Assembly: GCF_030684315.1 (NCBI RefSeq)
Contig: NC_081363.1
Span: forward strand, 43,989,254-44,053,253
Direction: 5' to 3'
DNA from: Stegostoma tigrinum
Taxonomy: Eukaryota
DNA length: 64,000 nucleotides
Shown here: positions 40,207 to 54,140 of the stretch, piece after piece
Numbering within the stretch: position 1 is the first letter of the stretch
Layout: each line of letters begins with the position of its first letter
The notes under the pieces: generated by a model
What the model saw: only the letters and a program-made list of their open reading frames with translations
Told to the model about the DNA's origin: nothing
Databases searched by the model: none
Translations under genes and position numbers: made by a program

Positions 40207-42060
40207 AACATAAGAACTAGGAGTTGGAGTAGGCAATTCAGCCCCCTCAGCCTGCTTCATTATCCAATACAGTCATGGCTGATCTTATCTGGCTTTCAAC
40301 TCCTGCCTAATCCCCATAACTCTTCAACCTATTGCTGAATGAAAATCTGTCTGTCTATCTCCTCAAGTTTACTCAATGCTCCAGCATCCATTGCACTCTG
40401 AGGAAATGAATTCCATAGATTCACAACCATTTCATGTTTTAAATCTGTCACCATTTATCCTAAAACTACAACCTCTCATTCTAGATTGTTCCATAGGAGG
40501 AAACATTCTCTCTTTATACACTTTGTCAAACTCCTTTAGCATCTTATATACCATGGTTAGATCTCCTTCCATTCTTCTAAATTGCAGACAGTATAAGCCT
40601 AAACTGCTCAACATCTCTCCGTAGGATAAACTGTTCATCCCTGGAATCAATTTAGTGAATCTCCTCTGAACTGCCTCCAATGAAACTACATCCCTCCTCA
40701 AGTAAACGGACCAAACTATATACAATACTCTAGGTGCAGTGTCACTAATGCCCTGTACAGTTGCAGCAACACTTCCCGAATTTTATACTCTCCCTTGAGC
40801 AATAAATACCAAAATTCCATTTGCTTTCCTTATTACCCACCATACCTATGTACTAGTTTTCTATAATTCAGGCATGAGGACACCCAGATCCCTCTGCACT
40901 GAAGCAGTCTGAAGTTTCTCGCTATTTAGATAATAAATTGCCTTTCTATTCTTCTGATCAAAATGGATAACCTTGTTATCAAATTTAAACTCACTCAATC
41001 TGTAAAATTTTGGCTAACTTACCCAATCTATCCATATCCAATTATACATTTCTTATTTCTTCAGTGCAACTTACTGTCCCAATGATTTTAGTGTCATCTG
41101 CAAATCTGATGACAGTATATTGTATCCCTGAATCCAAGTCATTAATATAGATTGTAAATACTTGGTGCCCAAGGACTGAAATCTGTGGGAGACTCTGTTA
41201 GTTACAGCTTGCCAAACAGAAAAAGACCTCTTCATCCCAACTCACTCAGAGGCAGCAAGAACTGCCAGTGCTGGAGTCTGAGATAACACAGTGTGGAGCT
41301 GGATGAACCCAACAGGCCAGGCAGCATCAGAGGAGCAGGAAAGCTGACGTTTCGGGTCAGGGGAAGGGAGCTCTGAAATAAATAGAGAGGAGGAGTGGGG
41401 CTGCAGAAGTTAGATGGGATGGTGACAGGTGAGTGCAGGTAGGCAGTGGTGGGGATTGGTCAGTGAGGTTGTGGAGTGGATAGGTGGGGAGAAGACAGAC
41501 AGGTCAAGGAGGTAGGGATCAGAGGAAGGCTTGGTCATGGGATGGGGCCAGAGGTGGGGAGATTTTGAAACTAGTAAAGTCCACATCGAGATCATTGGGT
41601 TATAGGCCCCTGAGGCAGAATATGAAGTCCTGCCCCTCCAGTTTCCAGGTGGCGTCGTTGTGACACTCGAGTAGGCCCAGGATGGACGTGTCATCCAGGG
41701 AGTGGGAGGGGGAGTTGAAGTGGTTTGCAATTGGAAGGTGTTGTTGTTTGTCACGAACAGAGCGCAAGTGCACCTCACTGACCAATCCCCACCACTGCCT
41801 ACCTGCACTCATCTATCACCATTCCACCTATCTTCCCCAGCCCCACCCCTCCTCTGTCCTTATTTCAGAGGCCCCTTCTCCCTCCTGCATTTCTGAAGAA
41901 GAGTCCCGACCTGAAACATCAGCTTTCCTGCTCCTCTATTCATCCCAACTGTCTGCTTTTTGTTGGTTAATCTTCTAAGCTAATAAATTAGATGTAACCC
42001 CATGTGGTCTTATGACTGTAACCAACTGCTACTGTTTGGGGACTTGTAGGTTCCTTCCAC
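40207..42060 (-). mobile_element. CR1 LINE fragment split by a Penelope insertion
   Basis: ORF 40432..40725(-): LEAVQRRFTKLIPGM..LSY.E.L..LGLY. CR1 sequence resumes after the TSD at 41950. Confidence 0.8.
41243..41938. mobile_element. Penelope-derived inverted insertion nested in a CR1 LINE, 12-bp TSD
   Basis: Minus-strand GIY-YIG tail and pLTR, then a plus-strand pLTR from about 41771. TSD ttcatcccaact at 41231-41242 and 41939-41950. Confidence 0.8.
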
Positions 42061-45000
42061 TAGGGAATTCTTTCCCGTGCTATTTCTTAATCAGTTTAAT
42101 TAGAAATTTGGTGTCTTAATCTCCGGTGCCTAAATAATTTCTCACTACAGCACTAATCTTTTCCTTTACCAAAGTTACAACACCTCTTTTCCCTTCTTGC
42201 CTATCCTTCCAAAGCAGAGTACCCTTGGATAGCCAATTTTGAAACCTGGTCTCCCTGCAACTATGTCTCAGTAGTCACCGTCAAATCACATCCTTTCATC
42301 TCTAGTTGTACTACTATGTAATTAATTTTATTGCAAATGCTTCATGTTTTCAGCTTCAAACCCTTTAAATTTGTTCAAATTTAATGTTTCCCTACTCTTG
42401 TACAATTCCTTGTTGCAATAGGACATTTAGATAATAAAAGGAAGGGACCAGCTATGTTAATGACCCTTTTATTAGTTCAAAACAATGAAGTGAAACAGTT
42501 ACACGGTTGACATTTTAACTTCAAATGCTTAACTTTTTATAGTAAACAATAACGTCTCCTGCACAAAGAATCCAATTATTTCCCTTCTCATGTTCATTGC
42601 AAATACCATTTCTTCTTAATGGGATTTCCTGGTTTCCTACTTGCTGAAAGACATAAATGGAAGATCCGAGTATGAACTGATTCTGAACAAACTAAATACT
42701 AGTTATTTGATCTGGATAATTTGTTCTCTAGCACATGTGATACCACTTATTCAATGAACTATTGGATGACTGATCATTTTTACAAACTTTTGGAACCACA
42801 CACGTCCTTTCAGAAGGAGAAAAATGGTGCTGTTTCGCAATGAGTAAAGGTATCACATTACAATGAAAAACACTGCGGCAAGCAAAGCAGTAACGATTAA
42901 AACAAATGTTTGATTAAAACTGATAATGAACAGCAAAGAGCACAGTAGTCTATGTAACAACATTAGGTTTTGCTACAAAAAATAAAAGCATGATTTTTTT
43001 TTCTCAATTTCATATACTTACCACTGGTATTAAATATAGTGCAATCTCTCCAACCCAGAATGCTGGAAACCAAGTCATTTTCAGATATTGGAATTTTCTC
43101 ATTTTTAAGAATGATGTTAGGATGCCTAACCATTAGTGTATGAACCAGAGAACACCATAAAATATAAATATTTACCATTAAAACAAAACAAAGGATAAAA
43201 CGTTATGCATCAGTTGTAATATTTTTCATTTATCCAAGGATATACCTTTCAGGTTTCCTAAAAGTCCTGCACTAAAATGATTCTGAGCTGCTCGAGTCCT
43301 GTTGAGAAGATTTCCAGCCAACATGTGTTTCTGAATTTTTTTCCAGACCAGAGAGGTTACAGTGTTATGATTTGCCAGAGTTATGCATGTTTTAAACATA
43401 ATCATGACCAGGAAAGACTACCAGTTCTATCCTAATGGGGGTAAGTGCTTACGATATGTGCCACCCTGTAAAATGGCAACAATTTAGTTTGCCATAATGG
43501 GTCTTTACTTGACTCTATTTCACATTCCATAACTGAACAACTGACACGTTTCAACTCTGGAGCCAAGATGGGTTCAATAAAGCTTTGAGTTATTACTCTT
43601 GAATACCAGTATAAAATATTAGTAACATAGGTTTGTCTTTCCTAAAAAAATTTTAACTGTGAAACAGGGAATTAATATTTTTGTAGAAAAGTTAATCGTT
43701 AATAATTGAATGGTATTCAATTTAAGATAAGTTTATAAACTAATCACTCAAACAGAATGAAAACTTGGCATCACAATAATGCACATTTTCTGTGTTGAGA
43801 TATAATGTGCTCATTTGATGTAGTACTGCTCTTTTTATGTTAAAGCTATTTAGTGCAAGTCGTAAGAACTTGAATTCAAGTTTGAAACAAATATTTGTGT
43901 AATTATGGCAGGAAAAGACTTCAATCTAAGCAAAATTGAAGCAAAAATCTACATTTAAATTCTGATCGTTCTAAATGACTGACCATATCGTAGATTCAGT
44001 TTAAAACTGACCACAGGTAGTTTTGTAATCCGGATTCGGCTTAGATTCAAAACATCGACTTTCCTGCTCCTCTGATGCTGCCTGACCCGCTGTGCTCCTC
44101 CAGCTCCATACTGTACTGATTCTAAAGGGGCCTTGACAGGCTAGACCTGAGGGGAGGCTCCTCCATCTTAGGGAATCTTAATTAGTTTAAAAATAAGGGG
44201 TGTCCTTTTTAATGATGGAAATGAGAAATTTCTTCCCTCAGAGGGTTGTTGGTCTTTGCAATTTTCATCCAAAAGTACAGCAGTGGTTGATTCAGCAAGT
44301 ATTTTCAAGGCTGGGTTTGACAGAGTTTTGATCTACAAACAGATGAAGGGATTTGGGAGCATGGATTGCAGGGAAGAAACTGGTGTTAAGAATCACATTA
44401 GCCATGACCTTACTGAATGGCACGGCAGGCTCATTGGGCTGAATGGCCTTCTCATGTTACTACTACTTATAATTTTATGATTTTAAAATATCAAGCAGTA
44501 AAGTCTCCATGCATTACTTTGTCTTTAAAGTCCACAGAACAGAGAAACTAGGTGCTGGAAGTTGTAGATGCCCTGCAAGGGTGGAAGTAATGGCATGTGG
44601 GGTGATTTTATTGGCAGGATTATATTCTCAGTTTCCCTGACAGTAGGTTAAGATACAGATATGTCAGCAGCATGTTAAACCACATGCCAACCTGCGGTTG
44701 ATTCTCACTTGTAATACATTTACGGACCATGAATATTCATTAACATACACCATTTTCATTTTGAAGGTCTGACCCAATTTTAAAGTCAGCAGTTAATGGG
44801 CTCAAGCTAGTTTAAAGATGGTATGCAGTAGATTGGCTTTGAGTTGCAAGGCCAACACTTTCCCTCACTTAACTCTGTGACACAGGAGAAGGGATCAGGA
44901 AAATAGCAACTTGCTTGGAGGGTCAGGCCAGCAAAGGTGAGTCAGGGATAAAGGGGGCAGGGTGCAGTGGATAAGGGATTCAAGGGATAATAGACGGTGG

Positions 45001-45326
45001 GGTCGAAGTCATGGCAGAGTGAAGTAGGAAAAACTTAGGTGTCATTGATGTGGTGGGGGTAAATATCAATCAAGCTAAAAAAGTAAGGTGCCCAAAGTCA
45101 GGACTGTCTAAATAGGTAACCATCACTTGGGTGTTGACTGGCACAAAGAGCTTTTAGTTCATGTAATAATTACAGTAATCCCTACTGAAAGTAAAAGCCA
45201 TTGTCTAAGACTGATGCATAGAAAGAAGGGTCAACTGAGCCTGCAGGTTCAGCTGCATTCCAGAGTGACAAGTACAACAGTGGACACTAACATGAACATT
45301 AAATAAAGAATGAAGAATAAAACATT

Positions 45327-45535
45327 AGAGATAACAAGGTGTAGTGCTGAATGAACACAGCAGGCCAAGCAGTATCAGAGGAGCAGGAAAGCTGACGTTT
45401 CCTCAGTTTCTGAAGGTCAAGACCTGAAACAACAGCTTTCCTGCTCCTCTGATGCTGCTTGGCCTGCTGTGTTCATCCAACTCTACACCTGGTTATCTCA
45501 GATTCTCCAGCACCGGCAGTTCCTACTATCTTTGT
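45327..45535. mobile_element. Older Penelope-derived mini-hairpin element
   Basis: Head-to-head pLTR tips. Degenerate TSD aagaataaaacatt (45313-45326) / aagagtaaaacatt (45536-45549). Confidence 0.8.
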
Positions 45536-46232
45536 AAGAGTAAAACATTGTTTCTTTCATAATGAAGGAAGTTACCTTTTCCTGTCACCACCAATACATA
45601 CCAAAAAAGAGGTGTTCCAGTAAACTTAGCTCTTTGAGCTAGTTTCAACAAAGTGATGATGCACTTTATTCATAGTTAATTAATGTGAAATATCTACAAA
45701 TGAAATTTAAATTTTGAAATATATCTTATGGCACCTCTGTGCTTTCAAGTATTACATTAATGGCCATGGAGTTGGGCAGGAAAGTTGCAGTTATGAGACA
45801 CTGCCTTACTGTTTGAGGATGAGACTTTTTTTTTGTTTTTGTGGATGTTACTGACTGGGCCACCATCTACAGTTGCCCTTGAGAAGTTGGTGGCGAACCG
45901 CCTTCTTGAACCACTGCAGTCTACATGCTGCAGGTAGATCCATAATGCCATTAGAGTGGGAGTTCTGATCCAGCAACAGTGAAAGAATGGCAATATTTTT
46001 CCAAGTCAGGATGATGAGTGGGTTGGAAGGGTTCCCAAGTGGTGGTGTTCCCAAGTATCTACTGCCTTTGTCATTCTGGATGGAAGTGGTGGTAGGTTTG
46101 GAAGATGCCCGCTGATGGCAGGTTTCAACAAAGGAAAAAAAAGCTTTCCAGCTGCACGAATGTATGTATCTTACACATGTCAAACACTAAAATTTTAATC
46201 GTAATCCAAAGGAAGCATGAACATGAGAATTG

Positions 46233-46798
46233 GAGATATTCCCTCCCATTCCTTAAATGACATGTCCATCCTGGGCCTCCCGCAGTGCCACAATGATGCC
46301 ACCCGATGGTTGCAGGAACAGCAACTCGTATTCCACTTGGGAACCCTGCAGCCTAATGGTATCAATGTGGACTTCACAAGCATCAAAATCTCCCCCTCCC
46401 CCACTGCATCCCAAAACCAGCCCAGCTCGTCCCCGCCTCCCTAACCTGTTCGTCCTCTCACCTATCCCCTCCTCCCACCTCAACCGCACCTCCATTTCCC
46501 ACCTACTAACCTCATCCCGCCTCCTTGACCTGTCCATCCTCCCCGGTCTGACCTATCCCCTCCCCACCTCCCTACCGATACTGTCCTCTCCACCTAAATT
46601 CTCCTCTGTCCATCTTTGGTCCGCCTCCCCGCTCTCCCTATTTATTTCAGAACCGCCCCCCAATCCCCCTCTCTGATGAAGGGTCTAGGCCCGAAATGTC
46701 AGCTTTTGTGCTCCTGAGATGCTGCTTGGCCTGCTGTGTTCATCCAGCTCCACACTTTGTTATCTTGGACTCTCCAGCATCTGCAGTTCCCATTATCT
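46233..46798 (+). mobile_element. 5'-truncated Penelope-like insertion, 11-bp TSD
   Basis: GIY-YIG tail (MSILGLPQCHNDATRWLQEQQLVFHLGTLQPNGINVDF) plus pLTR. TSD catgagaattg at 46222-46232 and 46799-46809. Confidence 0.88.
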
Positions 46799-46961
46799 CA
46801 TGAGAATTGCACTTGGCACACACTTTCGGTTACATCACTCAGAATGGCACACTGACAAATTCTAAACCCCACACCCCCAACCCTGATGTCAGTGAGGTAC
46901 ATAAAGGGCAAAACTGGGATGATTTTTATTTTTATCCCAATCACAACTGAGCTCTTCATTT

Positions 46962-47650
46962 GTGATAATGGGAACTGCAGATGCTGGAGAATCCAAAATA
47001 ACAAAGAACATATATATACCACATTGGCAGATGTGCAGGTGAACATCTGTTTGATATGGAAGGTCATCCTGGGGCCTGGGATGGGGGTGAGGGAGGAGGT
47101 GTGGGGGCAAGTGTAGCATTTCCTGCGGTTGCAGGGGAAGGTGCTGGGTGTGGTGGGGTTGGAGGGGAGTGTGGAGCGGACAAGGGAGTCACGGAGAGAG
47201 TGGTCTCTCCAGAAAGCAGACAGGGGTGGGGATGGAAAAATGTCTTGGGTGGTGGGGTCGGATTGTGGATGGCGGAAGTGTCGGAGGATGATACGTTGTA
47301 TCCGGAGGTTGGTGGGGTGGTATGTGAGGACGAGGGGGATCCTCTGGGGGCGGTTGTGGCGGGGGCGGGGTGTGAGGGATGTGTTGCGGGAAACACGGGA
47401 GACGCAGTCAACGGCATTCTTGACCACTGCGGGGGGAAAGTTGTGGTCCTGGAAGAACGTGGACATCTGGGATGTGCGGGAGTGGAATGCCTCATCCTGG
47501 GAGCAGATGCGGCGGAGGCAGAGGCGGAGGAATTGGGAATAGGGGATGGAATTTTTGCAGGAGGGTGGGTGCCGGAGTAGTGTATTCTAGGTAGCTGTGG
47601 GAGATGCTGCTTGGCCTGCTGTGTTCATCCAGCTCCACACTTTGTTATCT
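46962..47650 (-). mobile_element. Internally deleted Penelope-like insertion with short inverted arm, 14-bp TSD
   Basis: ORF 46798..47466(-) matches the 449-aa ORF. TSD tgagctcttcattt at 46948-46961 and 47651-47664. Confidence 0.88.
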
Positions 47651-49252
47651 TGAGCTCTTCATTTATCAGCTTTGTACAGATGCAAATATGAAGTTCAGAA
47701 CATTGTTACAGATGAGAAATGGCACCGTCTCAGTTATTTAAAAATTTAAATTAGTGGTTTCAAATCCTTTGTACATAGAAAGCAACTATTAGTAAGACTT
47801 AATTTGTTGCATGTTTCAAAATGCATAGCTTATAGCAGAGCATTTCATGTTTGAACAAATTATCACATGTTTATATTAACTTGTAACTTTTTTATTTACC
47901 TACTTTCTGAATATAGTAATATCACACAATCTACAAATGTCTAAAGTAAAACTTTGGCACTATATAGTTTGCGTTCAGCAACAGGGTTAGTTTGACACTC
48001 CCACAAATTTTTCATACATCTCAAACACACCATAAATAACTGATTTGTTACAAGTTGTCGTATTTACTTGCAAATGCCAACCCATTCTTAGCAACAGCAG
48101 CAGTAAGGAAAACAGATTATTGCTAGGTTCCAATATGTTACTTTTAAAATTAGTTCTGGTCTTGTGTTCGTGTCCAGGTAATGAAACTGAGAAATATATA
48201 GTTTATCATATATCAGAACATTAAAAAAAATTCACATTCATTTCATGAACACCAAAGTTAATGTTTACATCACAATACCCACAGAATGAAATGTTTAATA
48301 CAATCGGCAGTTACTGACAAACACACACCACTTGGAAGTCTGCAATTTTTTCCTGGTCAACATCTATATGAATATGAACATGAAAAGGAACATTATAACA
48401 AGTAATGCAGTACAAACAAGAAACATATTGCACCAAAACTGTCTTTGCTAATACAAGTAAACTTTCTTGATCAATTTTTCACCCCTGGAAAAATGATTCA
48501 TGTGCTGAGTTCCTTTTAAAATCCTTCTAAAAGTACAAGGGTTTCTGAATTACCTAATCATTTTTAAGATGACTTTTAATTTAGAAAGATTTATCACAAA
48601 CAATCCAATAGTGCATGAAAAAGGAGGACATTTTTGAGAAACAATGTTATTTAAAAGCTTTTGCAGACATTTGGCAATGGGGAAAATAGCATGAATTATT
48701 CAGAAATGCAAGGATATTCATATCAATAATACAGCCAAAACCATTTATATTGTTAAAATGGGTCAGTGGGAAAAATGTTGATGGTATCACGTTATAAAGT
48801 AACAACAACCAATGCCAACAGAATGTTCAGTATGCAAGTAAATCCATAATTTATTGGTCTGGAGACACAAGACTGACACTCTAGAAAGCATTGGCAAAGA
48901 CACACAGAATACTGTGTCCAACTGTGGTGTCCATTTATGAAAAGACATACATACTGTAAAATCTTCAAAGAAGAGTAATAAAAACAATAATTTTAAACAA
49001 TCCAGGAGAGGTTAAAGTGGATTTTTCAGGGAAAATAACAAATAAAGTAAAGAAATAAGGTAAAGGGTCAAAAAGGGAAGAGTTGAGGAAGAATGTTGGA
49101 TGTGCCCTGAAGAAAGGTCACTGGACCCGAAACATTAACTCTGGTCCTCTGTCCGCAGACACTGCCAGAAAGTTTCTCCAGCAATTTCTCTTTTTGTTTC
49201 AGGAATAATGTGAGTTTCAACTTTTATCGATACAAATGACGATTGCTCTGAT

Positions 49253-50365
49253 AGAACATAAGAACCAGGAGTAGGAGTAGGCCATTTGGCCCTTTGAGCC
49301 GGCTTCATCATTCAATAGGACCATGGCTGACCATTGTGTGGTCTCAGTTCCATCCTCACACCATAACCTTTACTTCCTTTACTATTCAAAAAAATCTTTG
49401 CTTTAAAAAACATTCAATGAGGAAACCTCAACTACTTCACAGGGCAGGGAATTCCACAGATTCACAACCCTTTGAGTGAAGACATCGTTCCTCAATTCAG
49501 TCCTAAATCTAGTCCCCCTAATTTTGGGGCTATGCCCCCTTGTTCTTGTTTCACCCACCAGTGGAAATAACCTCCCAGCTTCTATCTTATCTGTGCTCTT
49601 CATAATTTAATATATTTCTATAAAATTCACCCCCACCTCTCATTCTCCTAAATTCCAATAAATTTAATCCCAGTGCACACAGTTTCTCCTCATAAGTCAA
49701 CCGTCTCAACTCTAGAATCAACCTTGTGAATTTTCTCAGCACCCCTTCCAATACATCCTTTCTCAAGTAAGGAGACCAAAACTATATGCAGTACTCCAGG
49801 TGTGGCCTCACCAGCACCCTATACTGCTGTAACACAACCTCCCTGCTTTTAAACTCAATCTCTCAGGCAATGAAGGACAAAATTCCGTTTGCCTTAATTA
49901 CCTGTTGTATCTACAAAACAACCTTCTGTGATTCACGCACAAGGACACCCAAGTCCCTCTGCACAACAGCATGCCTCAATGTTTTACCATTCAAATAATA
50001 GTCCATTTTACTGAAATTCTTACCAAAATGGTTGGCTTCACATTTTTCAACATTGAAGTTCATCTGTCAGACCTTTGTCCACTCTTTTAAACTATCTATA
50101 TCCCTCTGCAAACTTTCAGAGTCCTCTACACATTTTGCTCTACCATTCATCTTAGTGTCATCCGCAAACTTCGATACATGTGGTCCCCAACTTCAAATCA
50201 TCTATGTAAATTATAAACAATTGCAGTCCCACAATATCCTGGAGGCACACCACTGGTCAATATTCATCACCCAGAAAAGCACCCATTTATCTCAGCTCTT
50301 TGCTTCCTGTTAGTTAACCAATCCTCTTTCCATGCTAATACATTGCCCATAACACCATGCACCTG
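49253..50365 (-). mobile_element. CR1 LINE 3' fragment
   Basis: ORF 49403..49603(-): LFPLVGETRTRGHS.KIRG..FRTELR..VFTQRVVNLWNSLP. Confidence 0.85.
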
Positions 50366-50597
50366 ATGAACAGGTAATACTCACACATACAACATTATGC
50401 TCCATTGCTGTGAATCAACATAACAGTAAATCATGATCCAACTTAAAAAAAATCACTAAGCAACCCCATAAGATGACTTTTGTAAGTTAGTGATCTCAGA
50501 GACAGAACTACAATGTATGAAATCTACAAGTACAAGGTATCTCATATAAATACAACACACACATTTAAAATATAATTTGCAGGGTTTTTTTTAAAAA

Positions 50598-50905
50598 CAT
50601 AGAATCCCTACAGTGTGGAAACAGGCCCTTCGTCCCAACAAGTCCACACCGACCCTCAGAACATCCCACCCAGTCCCATCCCCCTATAAACCCACCTAAT
50701 CTACATATCCCTGAACATGAAGGGCAATTTAGCACAGCCAATCCACCTAGCCTGCACGTCTTTGGACTGTGGGAGGAAATCGGGGCACCTGGAGGAAACC
50801 CATGCAGACACGGGGAGGATGTTTGGAGTTTGCACAGTAACCTGAGGCTGGAATCGAACCCAAGTCCCTGGTGCTGTGAGGCAGCAGCACTAACCGCTGT
50901 GCCAT
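50598..50905 (-). mobile_element. HE1-type tRNA-derived elasmobranch SINE
   Basis: A box tggcacagcggttagtg, B box gggttcgattcc, central tgcgtgggtttcctccaggtgc-like domain and a CR1-like tail. Confidence 0.8.
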
Positions 50906-51639
50906 GGTCCTGCTCCATATTCTTTGCTTACTTGTCATATGTTTACTTATCACCCATCCATTGATGCCCTGAGAAGACGCTGCTCGGCTGCCAAATTAAA
51001 ATGCTCCAGTTGAGAGCAGTTTGGCGCAATCTATTAGCCTCCACTTCAGAGAGCAAGTTGGTGTGGTGCTGCAGTGATATATTAGCCAAAGTAGGCAAGG
51101 ACAGGGGTTTTTCAAAAGATGTGTCATTAGTGAACCAGGTAGGTTTTAAAATATAATAGAACAATCTCATGGTCAATTTCACTGACCAGCTTTTGAAGAG
51201 ACATTAATAAAAACACAAAAGGTTTGGGCAGACTTGACAGGTCTGACTGCATCTGTGGATAGAGAAGAAGCGTTAACATTTCAACCCTTCTTCTGGACAA
51301 GTTTGAAATGTTCACTGTTTCTCTCACCACCAGAACAGCTGGATTTCTCCAGCATTTTCTGTTTTATTTCAGATTTCAAGCATTGGAATTACTTTGCTTT
51401 TATTTGAAAAAGTAACTTTGGTGAACTAATAAACTCCTTTTGGTGCAGCAGGTTTCTGATGAACAATTGCAGCTGACCTCTTGCCTATGCAAAGAGAAAG
51501 CAGATTAATAACTATTAGCCACTCTTGTACATTTCTAATAAATCAGTTAAAAAGCTGTCACCTATAAACAGTTTAGCTACCTTTCCTCACTTGGTGTGTT
51601 TTGTCCCAAAACAGGAAAACAAAATAATTAATATGTGAT

Positions 51640-51869
51640 CAGAGATAATGGGAACTGCAGATGCTGGACAATCCAAGATAACAAAGTGTGAAGCTGGATG
51701 AACACAGCAGGCCAAGCAGCATCTCAGGAGCACAAAAGCTGACATTTCGGGCCTAGACCCTTCATCAGAGAGCTCTCAGATGAAGGGTCTAGGCCCGAAA
51801 CATCAGCTTTTGTGCTCCTGAGATGCTGCTTGGCCTACTGTGTTCATCCAGCTTCACACTTTATTATCT
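51640..51869. mobile_element. 230-bp palindromic Penelope-derived element, 15-bp TSD
   Basis: Two pLTR tips head-to-head around the centre cagagagctctcag. TSD taattaatatgtgat at 51625-51639 and 51870-51884. Confidence 0.9.
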
Positions 51870-53829
51870 TAATTAATATGTGATATAGATAGAATATCAG
51901 AGAGTAAATTAGAGTATAAACAGTTAATTCAGTCCACATGATTTCCATTCAAAATGCATTGAAATTGGCTTATTTGTTTAACTCTCAAGAGAAATAATAT
52001 GCTAATTTTTTTGATCCCTGGAGTTAATTCAGCCAACTTGATTCCTATTTCATTGCAATAAGTCAGGATTGAAATGCTCTCTGCAAGCAACAACTTGTAG
52101 TAGTACTACATGTTTGATCACTCCAGATGAACAATATATCACCAACTATTTTTGTGAATGAATAAGTTGACAGAACATCAGCTATTTTTATAGCAGTTTA
52201 TGTTAAAAGTCCGTGGCATATACGACAAAAAAAACTTCAGCAACTCACAAAATCAACGCCTCTCCAAATTTTAAAGAAATGATTTGTGTTCTCTCCTCCC
52301 ACTTTTTATCTGCTCTCAAATCAAAACTGCTCCATTCTGTTTCTGAACCAATTACTTAAATCTGCGAATCATCCCTTCAATTTTATCCAGTTTTTAAATT
52401 TTCATGAACATGATTGTATTGTGTGAGATGCACACAAAGTTTTCTGGTAACTTTAGAAAACACACAATTGTCATAGCCAACCATCTGAATTGTTCTTGTA
52501 GAAGTGAAAACGTCTAGAGAAACCAAACTTTCTTTGATATATCTGGCACAACAACACTGTAGCTGTCAATGTGTGGTAGTCATAAATAGCAAAAAACTGA
52601 TCAAAATGTTGTCTCTGTAAAATGTGTATTGCTGACATTTGCTAATTTATTTAAATGTGAAATATTGTCTTACTGGATAATAGCATTCATTGGCTATTAT
52701 AATTCAGCATTTCTGGCCTTAATAAATGATAACATACAGTAATTACCTTAAACTATTAAGGTTGGGGGGTCATACTATACATCCTCAACTTGAAATACTC
52801 AAACCAAATTTTTTTTAAAATCAGATTCAAGTTATTAGTTTTTTTTCTAAAATGTTATTCCAGACAATGAAGCATTGGGTGCTGTTTAGTTAACTAATAT
52901 TGTCAAACCGTGAAACAACCATTATGCATGCAAACAAAGCCACATAGGGAGTGTTTCAATTTGACTGTTACAGAGTAAACACTTTCCTTGGAGGGACAAA
53001 TCCATTTACCCATATACAGTAAGCTTTGCAGAGTTGATTGAGCCAAAGAGTGGCACGGTGTTAACCAGAACTGTGCAGTCTGACAGCACAGGACACTTCT
53101 AAATTTCTACTTCTTGTTAAACCAAAGCCTCTCTCACATTAGGAATAATATTGGCTTGCATGGCTAGAGCCAAATTAAAAAGAATTCCTGCTCCAATGAT
53201 TACTCCAATTGTCAAACATGCCCTGAAGTACAATGAACCGCTCCTCATCATTGTCACCATGTAAGAAAACATTACCATGATACTGAATGTAAGCATCATA
53301 TCTAAAAATTAACTGTTTCTTTTTCTCTCTCACTCCCCACAGAGGCAGCCAAACCAGCTGGGTTTCTCCAGCACTTTGTTTTTACTTCAAACCCCACTGT
53401 TTGGGACTTCTACCATTTGGCAGTGCAGTTTCACTGCAACACAATCAGGGGTTCAATACAGGAATGTCTGGATGACATGAGCATGGGTTACATACTTGGC
53501 CTACCTGGTTTTCCCAGCAGCTATAAGCCCCATTCTCAGAGTTCTAAGCAATGAGAGGAGATCCATCTCCCTCAGTATGATGGTAGAATGCTGAAAGAAT
53601 GGCAAGTCCCAAGCTTCCAAGTCCAGGGCTGTGCATCCAGATAACACAAAAGATTTCGTAAAGAGGTATGCTTGAAATGAATCAATTTTCACTTTAAAAG
53701 AACTGAGCTGTATGTTAGTTTTCTTTTCTTGCCACAAATCCCTGTTGCTCTATTTGGTTCTTAAACTATCAAACCTATTCATTATTTGTGTGACTAGACA
53801 ATTACCTGGACACCAGGAATAGATGTCAG

Positions 53830-54140
53830 CCTTGGCTTTAATTCTTGGGTTCAAATCCCTTGGACCTGAGCTCATAATGCAGGCTGCTGTATATGTTCCA
53901 CTTACCCTCTTTTAGATGAAAGTTTAAAAAGATCTGTTGGCGTTATCGGAATAAGAGCAGGACCAGACTTCTGGCCAATACTTGCTCCCCATCTTAAAAC
54001 AAAATCCAAATACTTTCTCTCATTTCTGTATGATCTGGAGAATTTGGTGTGCACAAACTGATTATGACATTTCCGACAACACAAAAGTGACTGGACTTGA
54101 CGGCTAAAGCAGTGGAGAACATCGTCAAACCAGCAACATG
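53830..54140 (+). mobile_element. Deu-domain SINE (degraded)
   Basis: aagagcaggaccagacttctggccaatacttgctccc...gtgcacaaactg. Confidence 0.55.
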
